Assembly (NCBI GenBank): GCA_001949185.1
Contig: BDGG01000014.1
Span: 186,001-250,000, forward strand
Origin: Ramazzottius varieornatus
Taxonomy: Eukaryota > Animalia > Tardigrada
DNA length: 64,000 nt
Direction: 5' to 3'
Position numbers and translations under genes: made by a program. The notes under the pieces were generated by a model. It searched no databases. It was not told where the DNA came from and saw only the letters and a list, made by a program, of their open reading frames with translations. The stretch's first letter is position 1. The number at the start of each line of letters is the position of its first letter. Shown here one piece after another: positions 1 to 11,995 of the stretch.

Positions 1-1943
1 CGTTCTTGCTTTAGCGTGGAACTCTATGGTGGAACACATCATGGCCAGTGGCTCGGCTGACTCGACCGTGATCCTGTGGGACCTGGACAGACTGAAAGCT
101 GCCACGGTTCTGACGGGCTTCGAGGATAAAGTCCAAGCGATCAAATGGCGACCGGACTTTGGTGACCAGCTTCTTTGTGGATCTTGTGATAAGTAAAACA
201 TATCTCCCGAAACTGGTTTAACCTTGTTCTGCCTCCAGAACTTTCGAAGAAGGTTCTGATTGATGGGCGTCCTTTTCAGGACAGTGCGGTTGTTCGACTG
301 TCGTCTTCAGAAAGCCAAAGCCACTTTGTGGAATGTGGAAGACGAAGTGGAAAGAGTGGCGTGGTCCAGTTTTAACAATCAGTATTTCTATGTAAGTCCC
401 GCGCAGTCTTCTTGTGAGCTTTAGCAACTGCAAAATCATATGCTAGCTTTGAGACGGATCGAAATTTGGTGAAAAAGTCACATTGGACTGGGTAGGTATC
501 TGCCGACCAGGCAGACAGATGCATGGGAGCATAATGTAGACGGCAGACTGCTAGGAATATGCATGTGCCGGATGGGTGGATCAGCTGGTCCGCACATCTT
601 GTCTACCTGCGTACTTGTGTGTTCACCGCGAGCTGCGTGCTCGTTCGCGAAGACGGGACAGTGATTTTTCATGGTTTTGCAGGTGGCAACTGAAAGCGGA
701 CAAGTCTACTCCCTCGACGTACGAAACACCGCCGACCACCTTTCCGTCATCCAGGCTCACGGAAAGACGGTGACGGGGCTGGTTAGCAGTCCCTTCATTT
801 CTGGCATGCTCCTAACGACGTCGGAAGACAAACGAATCAGAGTGTGGGACGTGAATACGTCCACCCAAATACCTGAGATGATCCTCGAGAGAAAGTTGAA
901 GATGGGTGAAATCCAGTTCTCCGCCATGTCGCCGGATTCGCCTTTCACTGTCGCGCTGGCAGGCGAAGATTCTGACAGTAATTTCCGCATACTGGATTTG
1001 TACAAAACGTCTGAAGGTAATTTACTATAGAATTATTTGGGACCAAAGCACATAGACCAGACAAGACCGGTTAAAAGGGAAGAAAACGGGAACGGGAATT
1101 GTCTAAATCGCCTTATAGTCTAAACTGTGCATAGAGCAATATTCGCGGGGCGGCACCCTAACGGGTACTGTTGCCGCCGAGGGAGGCTAAAAGGGAAGAA
1201 AACGGGAACTGGGATGATGGCAGCGCGTATCCCACGTTCCCAACCATTGAATTACTCCCTGTGACTCAGAATGCAATGCTGTAGCCTTATCTCATTCTTT
1301 TGTGACCTACTTTCGCTTCTCCTCAGTCACATCCATTCACAAGCTTATCATAACTAACTGTACTTTGCCCTTCACTCTGCTGAACTTTGCCCAGTGAAGG
1401 GCAAAGTTCAGCAGAGGGGTTCAAACACAAACTTACGAACAAAACCAGCTCCGCAACGACAGCTCGTGCGGAGACCACCTGAAGTGGTTTGACATGGGAT
1501 AACATGGGGTATCAAGTAGCATGCAAGGTTCATTAGTAAGCTTACGTAGCAGCCTCACACTGTATCGGCGGCAACAATTGTCTCCAGTTTGTTTGCCGGT
1601 ATCTTCTCTCGGAAAGCTAGCAGAATGTAACCGGTCGTTTTTCTTACGATTTACAGAAGTAAGAAGGCGCTTCGAATCCAGAACGCCAGCAGCTTACATC
1701 CACGCAAGGCAGGAAGAAGAGAAGAGGAAAGAAGAAGCCGCCGAAGAACTCAAAATCAAGAAAGAAAAGAAACAAGAACGAGCGAATAAAACATTTAAAA
1801 ATCTTTCGACGCCAAAAAATGTCTCACCAAAACCCAGAAAGCCTTTGAGGAACGACACCACACCAGCGCAGAATGGCGAAAAGAAGAAACGGTGGTCGAG
1901 GGATAAGCGAGGCAAAAATAGTGCTAAAGATAGTGGAAAGTAA
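1..1943 (+). CDS. PWP1: PWP1 homologue (WD40 periodic tryptophan protein), 3' part; exons ~1-192, 280-391, 683-1016, 1657-1943
   Basis: Translation VLALAWNSMVEHIMASGSADSTVILWDL ... LLTTSEDKRIRVWDV ... RKLKMGEIQFSAMSPDSPFTVALAG matches PWP1 WD repeats; GT-AG introns join in frame; Lys-rich C-terminal tail. Confidence 0.88.
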
Positions 1944-1972
1944 AGCGAAAATTTTTCTGGTTGATACTTCGT

Positions 1973-2996
1973 TTACCCTTTCTCCACGGCGTGGTTAGCC
2001 TTTTTCTGCGCTAAAACAACTCTGATAATGTTTTTGTCCATTCTAGTAACAACATCATCGATGATTTTCGTTTCCGATCCGGCTTTACGGGAGATGTCCA
2101 CAGACATTTGCTCCAGCTGATCAACGTAGCCTTCCAGCAGCTCCATTTCGTATTCCATTTGTAGCTCCATTCGATCATCAGGGATCAGCATGATGTTCTT
2201 AACTGCAGGGTTACCTTCCTCGTCCACTACATCTGCTCCTGGCTGAATAGTGGCCAAAGCTGCCGGAAGAACAACAGGCTGTGGAGCTAAAGAGAACGAA
2301 AACCCGTGTCAGACCTTATGACCTGACGCGGGTGAACGCATACAAGTGACGTCACCGTAGATACAGTGGTACCAGCGAGGTTCCGTGACGTTTCTGAGAT
2401 GACTTTACCGTTTGCGGTTACTAACACTCACCGTCGCGTGCGTCTTCGACAACGTGCCTCTTTCCCCACCACGAACACATTCCACCACAGCACTTTGCCA
2501 TCCTTTCCATACTTTCCGTCGTCTCGAGTAGGTCCTTCTCGATCTCAGCCTGTTGATCTTCCATCAACTGGAAGGTTTTAGCACCAGCGTTGAGCTTGAC
2601 CAGCGTGTGCTTGGCGAAGGCGTCCATCTCATGGCACATGTCCAGTGACCGTTGCAAGGAACACAGCGACTTCCGCTGTACCTCTTCTGCTCGGTTTCTC
2701 AGCTGCACGGAAAACCTTACCGGGGGCTCAATGTGATCTCCAGACCCTCGTTCCTCGTACTCTTCCGAAGATTCAGACTCGCCCTCCGCATCACTGCTAC
2801 TCTTGTCTGGCACAGAAGGGATATCGAGAACAGAAGGGACGGAAATCAGGTCGTTACTTTGTTGCACTGATTGGCTTGATTGGTCGACATCCTCAAATTC
2901 AGTTCCGCCATCAGAAATAGTGTCTTCAGAACCGGAAGTCGTGGTTTCGTCACCTGATTCCTCAGAGATATCCTCCAGCTGAATTCTGCGCTCCAT
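1973..2996 (-). CDS. Divergent SNAP-25/23-like Qbc-SNARE with acidic N-terminal extension; main exons 2996-2432 and ~2287-1973
   Basis: SN1-like helix (SLQRSLDMCHE...TLVKL...EIEKDLLETTESM), Cys cluster KCCGGMC, linker, and SN2-like helix (DDRMELQMEYEMELLEGYVDQLEQMSVDI...NIIRVVLAQKKA). Confidence 0.75.
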
Positions 2997-3587
2997 TCGG
3001 GGCTACCAAGACACTCACAGGAACAGAGGGAGAACAGAAAAATCACCGTAGAAACTGCTCTGCATTTCCTATCAGCTATTCTTCCGCCCTTTGTTAACCG
3101 TCAGCCTAAATCCGCCGCTGCCACCTTTTCAGCTCCTTCTCTCATCTCCTTACGTGCGGCTCAAGATCAGGCTAGGGACTCCGCACCACTCAGGCAGGAA
3201 CATCGCGCGTAATTTATAAGAAGGGTAACAGCGATAACAGGTACAACGTCAGCATACGGTCAGGCAACAAAACGGCTCACTTCCCGTCAGCTCAGCTCTG
3301 CTCTCGCGGCTCAGCTCTACTCTTACAACGGCTCAGGAAAGAATATGTCAGGAAACAGCAACAGAAAACAACATGTTTTAGACTGGAACAGAAGCGCGGC
3401 GGACATGTTACACGATCAGGTGCAGAGAAAACCAATGGAGCTGCTGGAGCCTCCAAACGGTAGACCAGTTTCTCCAACCCCCTGTAACCACAAAACAATT
3501 GGTACGATTTGAAGCAAACTCGATGCTCTTTAACACTGATACCAAAACCTACCCTAATGAATGAAGAGTCTCGGCAGCGAAAAGCGT

Positions 3588-4608
3588 TTAGCGACGATCG
3601 CCATATCGTCCTGCTGGAGAGCGGGATCGTCGTCGTGGCGAAGCAGACCGACGTCGATCACGATCGGGAGAGCCTCGACGACTGAAAGCAGAACAAACGC
3701 TTTCAGTTGTCTACCCCGACAACTTTCATTTGATGTTCCAAGTAGCGAGAAGGAAAAGACTTACCGGTCATCGCGTCGATCGCGATCACGAGCACTTCCA
3801 CGATCGCCTGTAAATCCGAATTTAGACACTAACCGTCACCGTCCACAGCAAAAACTAGTATCCAGTTCCCCTACCATTTCGATCGCGATCTCTGTCCCCG
3901 TCACGCCGATCACGGTCCCGATCCCGATCCCCACCGCCTCGATCGCGATCATCATAACGGCCACCACCACCACGCGACGGTTCAGGTCTGGCGTACCGCG
4001 CCAACTGGATCCGGATCTCTCTACCGTCTACCCGCGACCCGTCCAGCTTGTCCATTGAGTCTTCGGCGTCCCGCTTACTGAAGAATCTGGAACAAGCGCA
4101 GCAATCTTCAGAAAGCTCTGCTGAATCAGCGCAAGCCAGCGACCGGGACACGTGCACAAGAGAAGCAGCACTTGGCGATGTACCTGGATACAGCAATGTC
4201 CACCATGCTTGTCAACTATTGTATTCAGGTGCATGCGGTGACCTGCACTTGTGACGAAGTTAGAATGGCTAGAATGCGCGCGCTCTCTCCCTATCTCTCC
4301 TCTCTCTCTCTCTTTCCGCCATTGAATTTCATCAAAGATACAGAAACTTCAGACAGTCGCTTACCTGACGAACGCGAAGCCACGGCTACCGCGTGAGCTA
4401 CGAGGAATGTACACATCGCCGATCTTGCCAAACTTTCCAAACAGCTTCTGCAAATCCTCTACCGTTGTTCTGTAGGTGAGATTGTCTACTTTCAAAGACA
4501 CCATGCTGTAAAAGAACCATTTTGATATCAAATCCATAAGTTGATGGAAAGCAAGCAGCCTCACTTCTCGAGATCTTTAGGAGGCCCTCTGAAATAGTCG
4601 TCCGACAT
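3588..4608 (-). CDS. SRSF2: SR splicing factor SRSF2/SC35 (RRM + RS/RD domain), multi-exon
   Basis: [10 protein letters not shown]...[14 protein letters not shown]...GDVYIPR...SRGFAFVRF...[23 protein letters not shown]; RS-rich last exons end ...GRYGDRR* (TAA at 3588-3590). Confidence 0.92.
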
Positions 4609-5209
4609 CTTGAGGCCGGTCTGTGTTAAACGCTCTTTCGTACGAACAGCCGATCACCGCGTCCACAGAACAGATGTCTTGTAAAGGTCTCCGTCCGCTG
4701 AGATACTTGTCAAATAGCTGCAGACAACACAACGACGAGATGAGTCCGGCGGTTCCTAGAAGGAGATGGGCATTTTATAGAGGAGACAGCTGGAAAAAAG
4801 TGTAATAAAACGAGAAAGCTCGAAAGGAACACTGGGAACAGCAGGACTCATTCTTGACCGAGAAAGTGGAACGTAAGCCTTCATCCATCTCGTGCTCAAA
4901 GAGTGTTTTACACCCCGATAGGCACAAGATCTACTTCTGGCGGTGCGGAGCGCGACTAGTAGACCTGAACCGTTGGAACCACTTGCGCAACAATCAATTT
5001 CGTTGATTCGACAGTTTGACAGAAATAACTTAACTTTTATTTTCATATTTTCCACTTCCGGTGACTGACCAGACTCTTCCTTTGTCGACGTATCTTTATC
5101 GCAAGTCTGTGTAGATATCTGACGGCGTGGTCCCTGTTTTGGGTTTCAAAGTAAGAGATCGAAGACAGCTGAGTACAAGGCTTGCGGACTGTTTCTTCCA
5201 TTTCGTAAG
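4609..5209. promoter_or_regulatory. Short divergent promoter/5'UTR region shared by SRSF2 and LTV1
   Basis: Head-to-head start codons 600 bp apart; TATAAAA on the minus strand at 4773-4779; ETS-like CACTTCCGG at ~5052. Confidence 0.55.
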
Positions 5210-7907
5210 ATGGTGAGTGGAGATGAGAATCGGATTGCGAACTAATATCACTGAAGAGCGAAATTCATCTGTTTTACTGTTTATGTTACTCCAGGTCAAA
5301 AACAAGAAGCGATTTATCGACAAGAGGACTGCAACCAGGTATACCCTCACTCCCAAACAGCTGAACGCCATCGATGAAGACGAGAGCGAGAACGATGAAA
5401 GGCCTACGAAGAAGATCACTTCCGAGGTAACTACTTAACACTCTGGTCAAAATATCCACAGCATGGAAAGCAACCGAATCTATGTGTGTTGCAGGAACTC
5501 GCTGCTCGCATCGAAGAGCAGCAAAAATATGGAATTTACTTCAACGATGGCTACAATTACATGAAACATCTGCGGGAAGTTAGCTACACTGGAGGATCAC
5601 TTCAACCGAGCTACGAGTTCCGTGTCGGCCAATCTGCTTCTGATTTCGTCCTCGAAACTCAGTCGGTCCTTGTAAGTTGCGCACAATCCTTTTGAAGACT
5701 TCTGAAATTCCGCCCGACTGTTATCGTGGTCGATGAAACGTCAAGAATCGAGATCGAGACCGGAAATAGAGAAAATTGATTCTGAAAATCTGGCAAGCTG
5801 TACAGGGTGACTTTCGGGTAGCTTGAAATAGCTGTTGCAAGTTTGTCCAGTGTGGCTCGCCATGACTTTGTATCTTTTGCGTTGATTACTTCGCAATACG
5901 GTATCCAGTTTGGTCGATGATGCTGCCGTTCCTACTGAGTTCTTTTAAAGCTGACTTTGTGAAATGTTTTGTTGAAACCGGATGTTTGTCGTTACAGAGT
6001 GGAGCAGCAGGGCGTTCCAGACATGCTCCGGGTTCCATGCAAGGCGGCATCAGTCCACGTGCCTTCTCTGACGCGGCTTCGGTGGCTGCCATGCTGGAGG
6101 CAGCTTTCGGAGCTGAAGCAGACGCAACAGACGTCGATCCTGACATTGCTGAAGCTCTAGAAGGCCAGGTGGATCTCGAAGATCCCGAGAACGTCCTGGA
6201 CGACGACTTTGTCATTCAAGCCAAAGGCATCGTCGAAGAAGACGCCGACGACTTCCCTGGTCTTGAAGAAGATGACGACGACGAAGACAGCAAGAACTAC
6301 GTCGACCCGACGAAGAGCATGGACAAGGGAAAGCTGGTCGGCGCCTGGATTCAGCATCAAGACTTCGAGGACGAGGAAGACGACGAGGAACTCGTGGATG
6401 AAAGTGGGGAAACGAAGATTCGACCCAAAACGAAAGAACAGAAAAAGATGACGGCTGCCATGATTAAAGACTGGGTTCGCTCGGAGAATCTGAAGGCTGG
6501 GAAAGATGAACAGGATGATGAAGACTTCCAGGAGGACAAGAGATCGAGGTTTTCGAATTACTCGATGACTTCGTCGGTCATGAGAAGAACCGAAGGACTG
6601 CGTTTACTCGACGATCGATTCGAAAAGGTAAGCCAGTATTTTCTCTGCGAGCTCGGCGTGCAAACTGGGCCAGATCGCTTTCCCAAGTGGCGCAGGCATT
6701 CAGCCAATATCACCGACAACATGCGCCACTTGGACACTGGACATGATTGTTTCCGCAAGTGGCCCACGCTCCCGGCCAGTAAGACCAAAAGGTGCGCCAA
6801 TTGCAGAAAACGATCACGTCTAGCTTCTTTGCCGACTTCACTCATGTCTATTTTGTCAACGAAGATTGAGGTGGTGAATTCTCTCAGATGATGGAACAGT
6901 ACGATGAAGAAGAAATCGGTGGACTGGACTTGGAAGACCACGAACAAGGAGGTGGAGAGGTGCAAAGTAAAACACTGAAGAAGATTCTCGGTGATAAACA
7001 AGGGGAAAATGACGCGTATGAAGCAATGTATGAACACTCTTAATATTTTTTTCACCGTTTAAATGCTCAACGAAGATTTTTCTTGGATTGTTGTAGGACC
7101 TTGGAAGCTCCTTCGGAACCCGATCCAGTCGCCATGAGGTTTCAGTACGAAGACGACGAGGAAGGCGCCGACAAGAAAGAGAAGATAGTGTTGGAGTTTA
7201 GCGACGACCGGTTCGACTGTCAGTCCGTTGCCAGTACGAACTAATCACTCCACCGTTTAGGTTTGGATTTGTGATCCTTAAATCTCCTTGATTTGTCTTG
7301 CAGGCCTAAGGACCAATCGGTCGTTCCAACCAAGAATTTTGGAGCCTCCACGAGCGGTAAGAATTCTACGAATGTCGTCTTTTCGGTTGAACGGTTGGTT
7401 CATTGTTCGGTGAAAACTAAACCGTCGGTAAATGAACCGAACACGATGGTCATCTCAAGTGGCGCAATTCCGCCTCGTTATTGGCTAGAAGTATGCGCCA
7501 CGTGGGAAAACGACCATGTTTAAACGTACGCCGACTTTCCAGTTATGTTTCGGTAAGCTGACGTTTTCGGATGATATTTTTAGACGACGAAAATCATCCT
7601 GGATAAAAGGACGGGTATCCCGCAGGGCGTTCTGGGCAAAGCTTACAAGTCGGAAGAGTCTGGCAGTGATGACAATAGTGACACCGGAAGCGATATCCTC
7701 AGCCTGATATCCAGCCTCAGTGTGGCCAGACCGAAGGATGAAACTCCCGAGGAGCGCAAGTTGCGCAAACAGACCTTGAAAGATCTCCGACGACAACGAC
7801 GGGTGGAGAAGAAGTCCTGCAGAAAAGCCTTCAAGGACGAAAAGACCAAACAAGAGAAGGAAGTAGCCAATGTGCAGAGAAGATTAAAAACTATCTCGAT
7901 GGTGTAA
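5210..7907 (+). CDS. LTV1: LTV1 homologue (40S biogenesis factor); first coding exon is the ATG only
   Basis: ATG|gtgagt, then VKNKKRFIDKRTATRY; EEQQKYGIYFNDGYNYMKHLRE; SRFSNYSMTSSVMRRTEGLRLLDDRFEK; C-terminal RPKDETPEERKLRK...RRVEKK. Confidence 0.92.
6653..6835. repeat. Cruciform repeat copy 1 (outer inverted repeats + two internal hairpins), in an LTV1 intron
   Basis: CCAAGTGGCGCA-N27-TGCGCCACTTGG (6683-6733) and GCAAGTGGCCCA-N26-TGCGCCAATTGC (6755-6804), inside TCGGC...GCCGA ends. Confidence 0.75.
7424..7535. repeat. Cruciform repeat copy 2 (single hairpin), in an LTV1 intron
   Basis: CAAGTGGCGCA-N27-TGCGCCACGTG (7456-7504), flanked by ATGGTC/GACCAT and GTCGG/CCGAC. Confidence 0.7.
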
Positions 7908-8347
7908 GTTTTCTATCCAGATCGGATGGAAAATTTATTTATGTTTATAAATTTACTATGTTTTCTGGATTTGAAATGAAGTCGGTACGAATGATTAAAA
8001 GAAGGAGCGAAAGAAAATGTATGCGAGATGTTATTTTGAGCGAGGTCACTCAGGTTTTGACACGCAAAGTTATTGCTGTGGATAGTGGGAGAAAACTTGA
8101 AAGATATGTCCGTGGAGACAGTTGAATAGGTTTCAAGGAGCATGACAGGCTCAATGCGAAGCTCGACAGGGGCTCAAATTACAGTTTCATCGTTTGTCTC
8201 GCTTAGATACATGACGTGATGAAATCTAATTTGCACCGCGTCTGCACATTGAGCTTTTCTCGTTGCGTAATCAGATTTAAATGAATTTCCGGTCGGCAGA
8301 ATAGCTATGGAAGATCAAGGACCATCGAATCCTGATTGTTTCTAGAT

Positions 8348-9733
8348 TCAAGCTTCGGTTCCGTCGCCGGATTTGACTGAGCGCCGCATGGTGGTAAGTG
8401 GGCGAACGGTCGAAGAGGTGAAGTGCAGCAGTCGCTTTCGGTAGTCGTGGTTCAATAAGCATATCACAATCTGAAGTACCAAAAACTGTAATTTTGAATC
8501 AGTCCACTTATTGTATCCGTGTACACAAAAGGCTTTCTAATATCGGATAATCAGGACAATTTCCAGTGAAGAATTCGGCAGACAAACTCGACCAGCTCGA
8601 CCTCCCAAGCGGCGTACGATCCCGGCTACAAGCACGGGAAATGTGCGCCATTCGGAAAGTTTTCAAGTTACATTTCTCAAGTGGCGCGCGCCTCCGTATT
8701 ACCGACCGTTTGCGCCACATGGACAAACGATCTGATCGAGTTTGTTGCTCAGCGCTAAACGAGTGCCTGGATATGATCCGAGTCGAATGAACGTACGGGC
8801 GCTAACGAAGAAGCAACGGCAACGCTGGTTCTGGACCATACCGAAGCCATGGGATACATCTGGAATATTCTAGGGTAGGTTGCTCCAATCAAGGTCCACG
8901 TTTTCGTACATAACGCATCGAACAACGTAGCGCCCAGCAGCGTTTGCGCCAGTCGAACGCGTCGGTCCATTGTGCGGGTCGGTCGGCGAGCGTCGTCCAC
9001 CGGGTTCACCACTTGCACACGCAACCGGTTCGTCCACTTGATATTCAGCACCGTACCCAACAAAAGCAGCGCGGAAGCCATGGACATTCCAAAGGGAAGA
9101 TAGCTTCCAATGGCCGTCAAGATCACCACGATATGCGGGCTGGTGATCCGTACTCCGCATCGTCCACCCGGGACCATTGTGAAGTACCCACCGACCGCGA
9201 AGAAGTACGGGACGTTGGTGGGGAAGCAGGCGAGCCAGGTGATGGCAATGATGGACCAGATGACGGGTCGTTTAGTGACTATCGAGTATTTGGTGGGGAA
9301 GCGTAGAGCAATGATGCGGGTAATGGCTAGGGCTAAATTGGACCAGTCGATACCTTGGTCGACGGAGAAGGCGAGGAACTGGACGGGTGGACAAATTTTG
9401 GGGACTGTGACATGGTTGACGTTACGCTCGGTAACGAAGTAAATGACGATGGGTGTGTTGATACCACAGACAATCAAGTGCATCATGAGGTAGTTGATGA
9501 TGAGGAGGTTCGAAGAACTGTTGCTCTTCTGGTTGACCTTTAGAATGACCGCTGTGACGATGATGCAGGCGAAAATGCCGACAGTCGTTATTAGGGAAGT
9601 GATGATGGCCCATATGATGGTCTGGTGTCTGGGGAGGAACTCGATAGAGGCTGATTGATTGACTAATTGACTCGGGAGTAAGGACGAATTTGGGTGGAGG
9701 AAAGAGGAGTTTACGTTCGCCCAGGAAGCATTC
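8348..9733 (-). CDS. Orphan rhodopsin-like (class A) GPCR; exons ~9733-8796 and 8470-8348
   Basis: Seven hydrophobic segments; N-glycosylation sites in the N-terminus; TM3 Cys and LAITRIIAL (DRY-equivalent); last exon IVICLLNHDYRKRLL... Confidence 0.82.
8575..8750. repeat. Cruciform repeat copy 3, in the GPCR intron
   Basis: Outer CAAACTCGA/TCGAGTTTG; hairpins CAAGCGGCGTA-N27-TGCGCC and CAAGTGGCGCG-N22-TGCGCCAC. Confidence 0.72.
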
Positions 9734-11362
9734 ATAATCGACCGAAGAATTCGTGAAAAATGAAAATGGAAAGCTGGGGGTGAGAGGGACACTTCTTAGT
9801 GGAGTAAGGTACGGTTTGTAGGAAGGAAGGTGATGAAACGAACTGGGAGGCGCGCAAGAAGGTTTGGAAAAAAACTGCGGCGGCGCGACTAGGACTCGAT
9901 AATGTGAACTGCTTATTGGGAAATAATTACGCTGTGTCGGCTTGAAATGTTTTCGTACTTGGTGGTTGATGAGATGGGAAGCTGGGATCGGCCAGGTTTG
10001 GATGAGACGTGCCTGCAGCTGCTGGATGCGAAAGAGCAAGCAAAGGGATTAAAGTGATGGTGATGGGATGCTCCGACCTGTCATATTGGCGTGTACACTT
10101 ATTGGATATGACAGGTTTTGTTCGGAGGGCAATTGTGAAGTGAGCTGTGATGATCATCAGCAAGCCTGTTTTACGAGAACTGCGTTATTATTGTTGTGTA
10201 GTGCTGCCACTTGATTGAGCATAACCCTGGCAAACCTATTGAAAGTTTGCAAAAAGGGACAACGGCGAGCGCGGAGGAGGTAGTTTTTGTGATATTATGG
10301 TTCAAGGTTGGACAGGTTGATAAGTTATGGTTGGGTTGTCCCGTGATAAACGAGATCAGAAATATAGCTCGCTGACGTTATTCATCACGTTAGGAAGTCT
10401 AGACCAGCGTCAAACAGATCGAGAATCGATAAATTTCATCACCTAAATGTGGAGAAGGTGAAGGCCAGGTTTTTATACTGCACCAGGAAAAGCTGGCTAA
10501 TCCTGGGGACAATGAATGTTTTCTTTGGAGAGTAACAAGTAGTTCTACAAGTGTACCTTCGGCAAAGTGGTTCGCCATTGCGCCATGAACAGACATGCGC
10601 TTTTCTTCCCATACATACAACGGGTTTGGGTCGCGGAGGAGGAGATGGAAACTCCTATTGTATGAGGTGAGTAACACGTTTTGCCGCGTATTTGTTGACA
10701 TGTTAATTGCAATTAGCCAAGAGCCAAACGATTATCAAGTCTTATCGAGTCCATAAGCGCATCCGCTTTCAGGAATATCATGCGTGCTGCCATGCGTGAT
10801 TCTGAGTGCAAGATGCTAAAACCAGCAAGCAAAAGGCCACTCGAATTTTCCCTTTGTAATGCGCTAGCCGAAACTTTCCCTGCTTCGGCTTTGAATGCTC
10901 GGTTCTTCCGCCAGTTCCATGACGTTTACCATCGTGTATCATGCAGTCATCGCCATCCTATGGTCAGCGTCATCAAGTGCCGGCCCGACTTCTTGGCGAG
11001 AACAACCTTGTCCAAGCGCAGTTTTTTCCACGCAGCAATACGCTTGCCCAGTCGGAAAAGGCAAAACCGCTCCCCTGCCTGTGATTTCTCTCGGCGGTAA
11101 GGCTGAAAAAGTTGGTACTTGTCAATTTTGTTCTCGGTGGTACGTACTGTGTTGGCATATGCGCCTTGTCGGACGACGGGCTGTGACAGTCGTGGGTTGT
11201 GCTTTACAGGCCTCCGAGCGGACTATTTGGACAGAACGGATCTAAACCTCACCGTGCTCCACCGCATAAGGGACTGTGGGATACATGCGCCGTCCATGCG
11301 CCCAGCTTACCCGCCAGTCAGTCATAACACTATGGCTACTGGCCTATTCGCCGAATCGCATG

Positions 11363-11567
11363 GTATTCGTGCTGCATTGAGCATCGTTATACAGTAATAT
11401 GCATGCTACGATTCCAGCCAGCATTCTGAAGCACTTCAAGTCTCGTGACACATTAAGAAACGTTGTTGAATTAATTTAACGTCAGGGGAGATTATAAGAA
11501 AAGATGTGACGGCAATGTAGCCAATGCAGGAGACCGGTGGAAGCATCCAGAATGTTTTACTATCATA
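11363..11567 (+). repeat. 205-bp direct repeat, copy 1
   Basis: Appears identical to 12536-12740 (offset 1173). Confidence 0.95.
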
Positions 11568-11666
11568 GCATACAGTAAACCCAAAAGAGGAAGTTAACAT
11601 ACTATAACAGCACCGACTGACATGCTCATCCACAGGGTTGACGGTTCAGGCTTCCATCGAAAGTTT

Positions 11667-11995
11667 CTAGTATCGGTTGCTGGATCCTGAGAAGAAAATA
11701 TATCAGATCAGAGAAGGACGCTTGATGAAGGCTCAGTCAACAGGGCGCAAGTGAGACAACTGGTCTGTAACCAACGTATGTAACACCGTAACTCACCTCC
11801 GTATCCACCGTATCCACCGGACGATCCGCCACTGGATCCACCATAACCGCCGCTGGAACCTCCGTAGTTACCCGACGATCCGCCATATCCACCGCCGTAT
11901 CCTTTATCCATACCCGAAGATCCCCCATATCCTCCAGATGATACAACGAAGAGGCAGGTGAACAGCACAGCACCGAAGATCAGTAGCCTGGCCAT
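11667..11995 (-). CDS. Small secreted Gly/Ser/Tyr-rich protein (~74 aa, 2 exons), nested in the insertion
   Basis: Signal peptide MARLLIFGAVLFTCLFVVSS; GGYGGSSG repeats; gtgagt...ctcag intron; last exon GSSNRY*. Confidence 0.8.

Noticed and set aside
5700-5960. C/D-box snoRNA in an LTV1 intron
   Set aside because: Only partial C-box matches and no antisense element that I can assign
6653-8750. CRISPR-like reading of the repeats with ~27-nt spacers
   Set aside because: The repeats are inverted pairs, the loops resemble each other, there are no cas genes, and the context is eukaryotic introns
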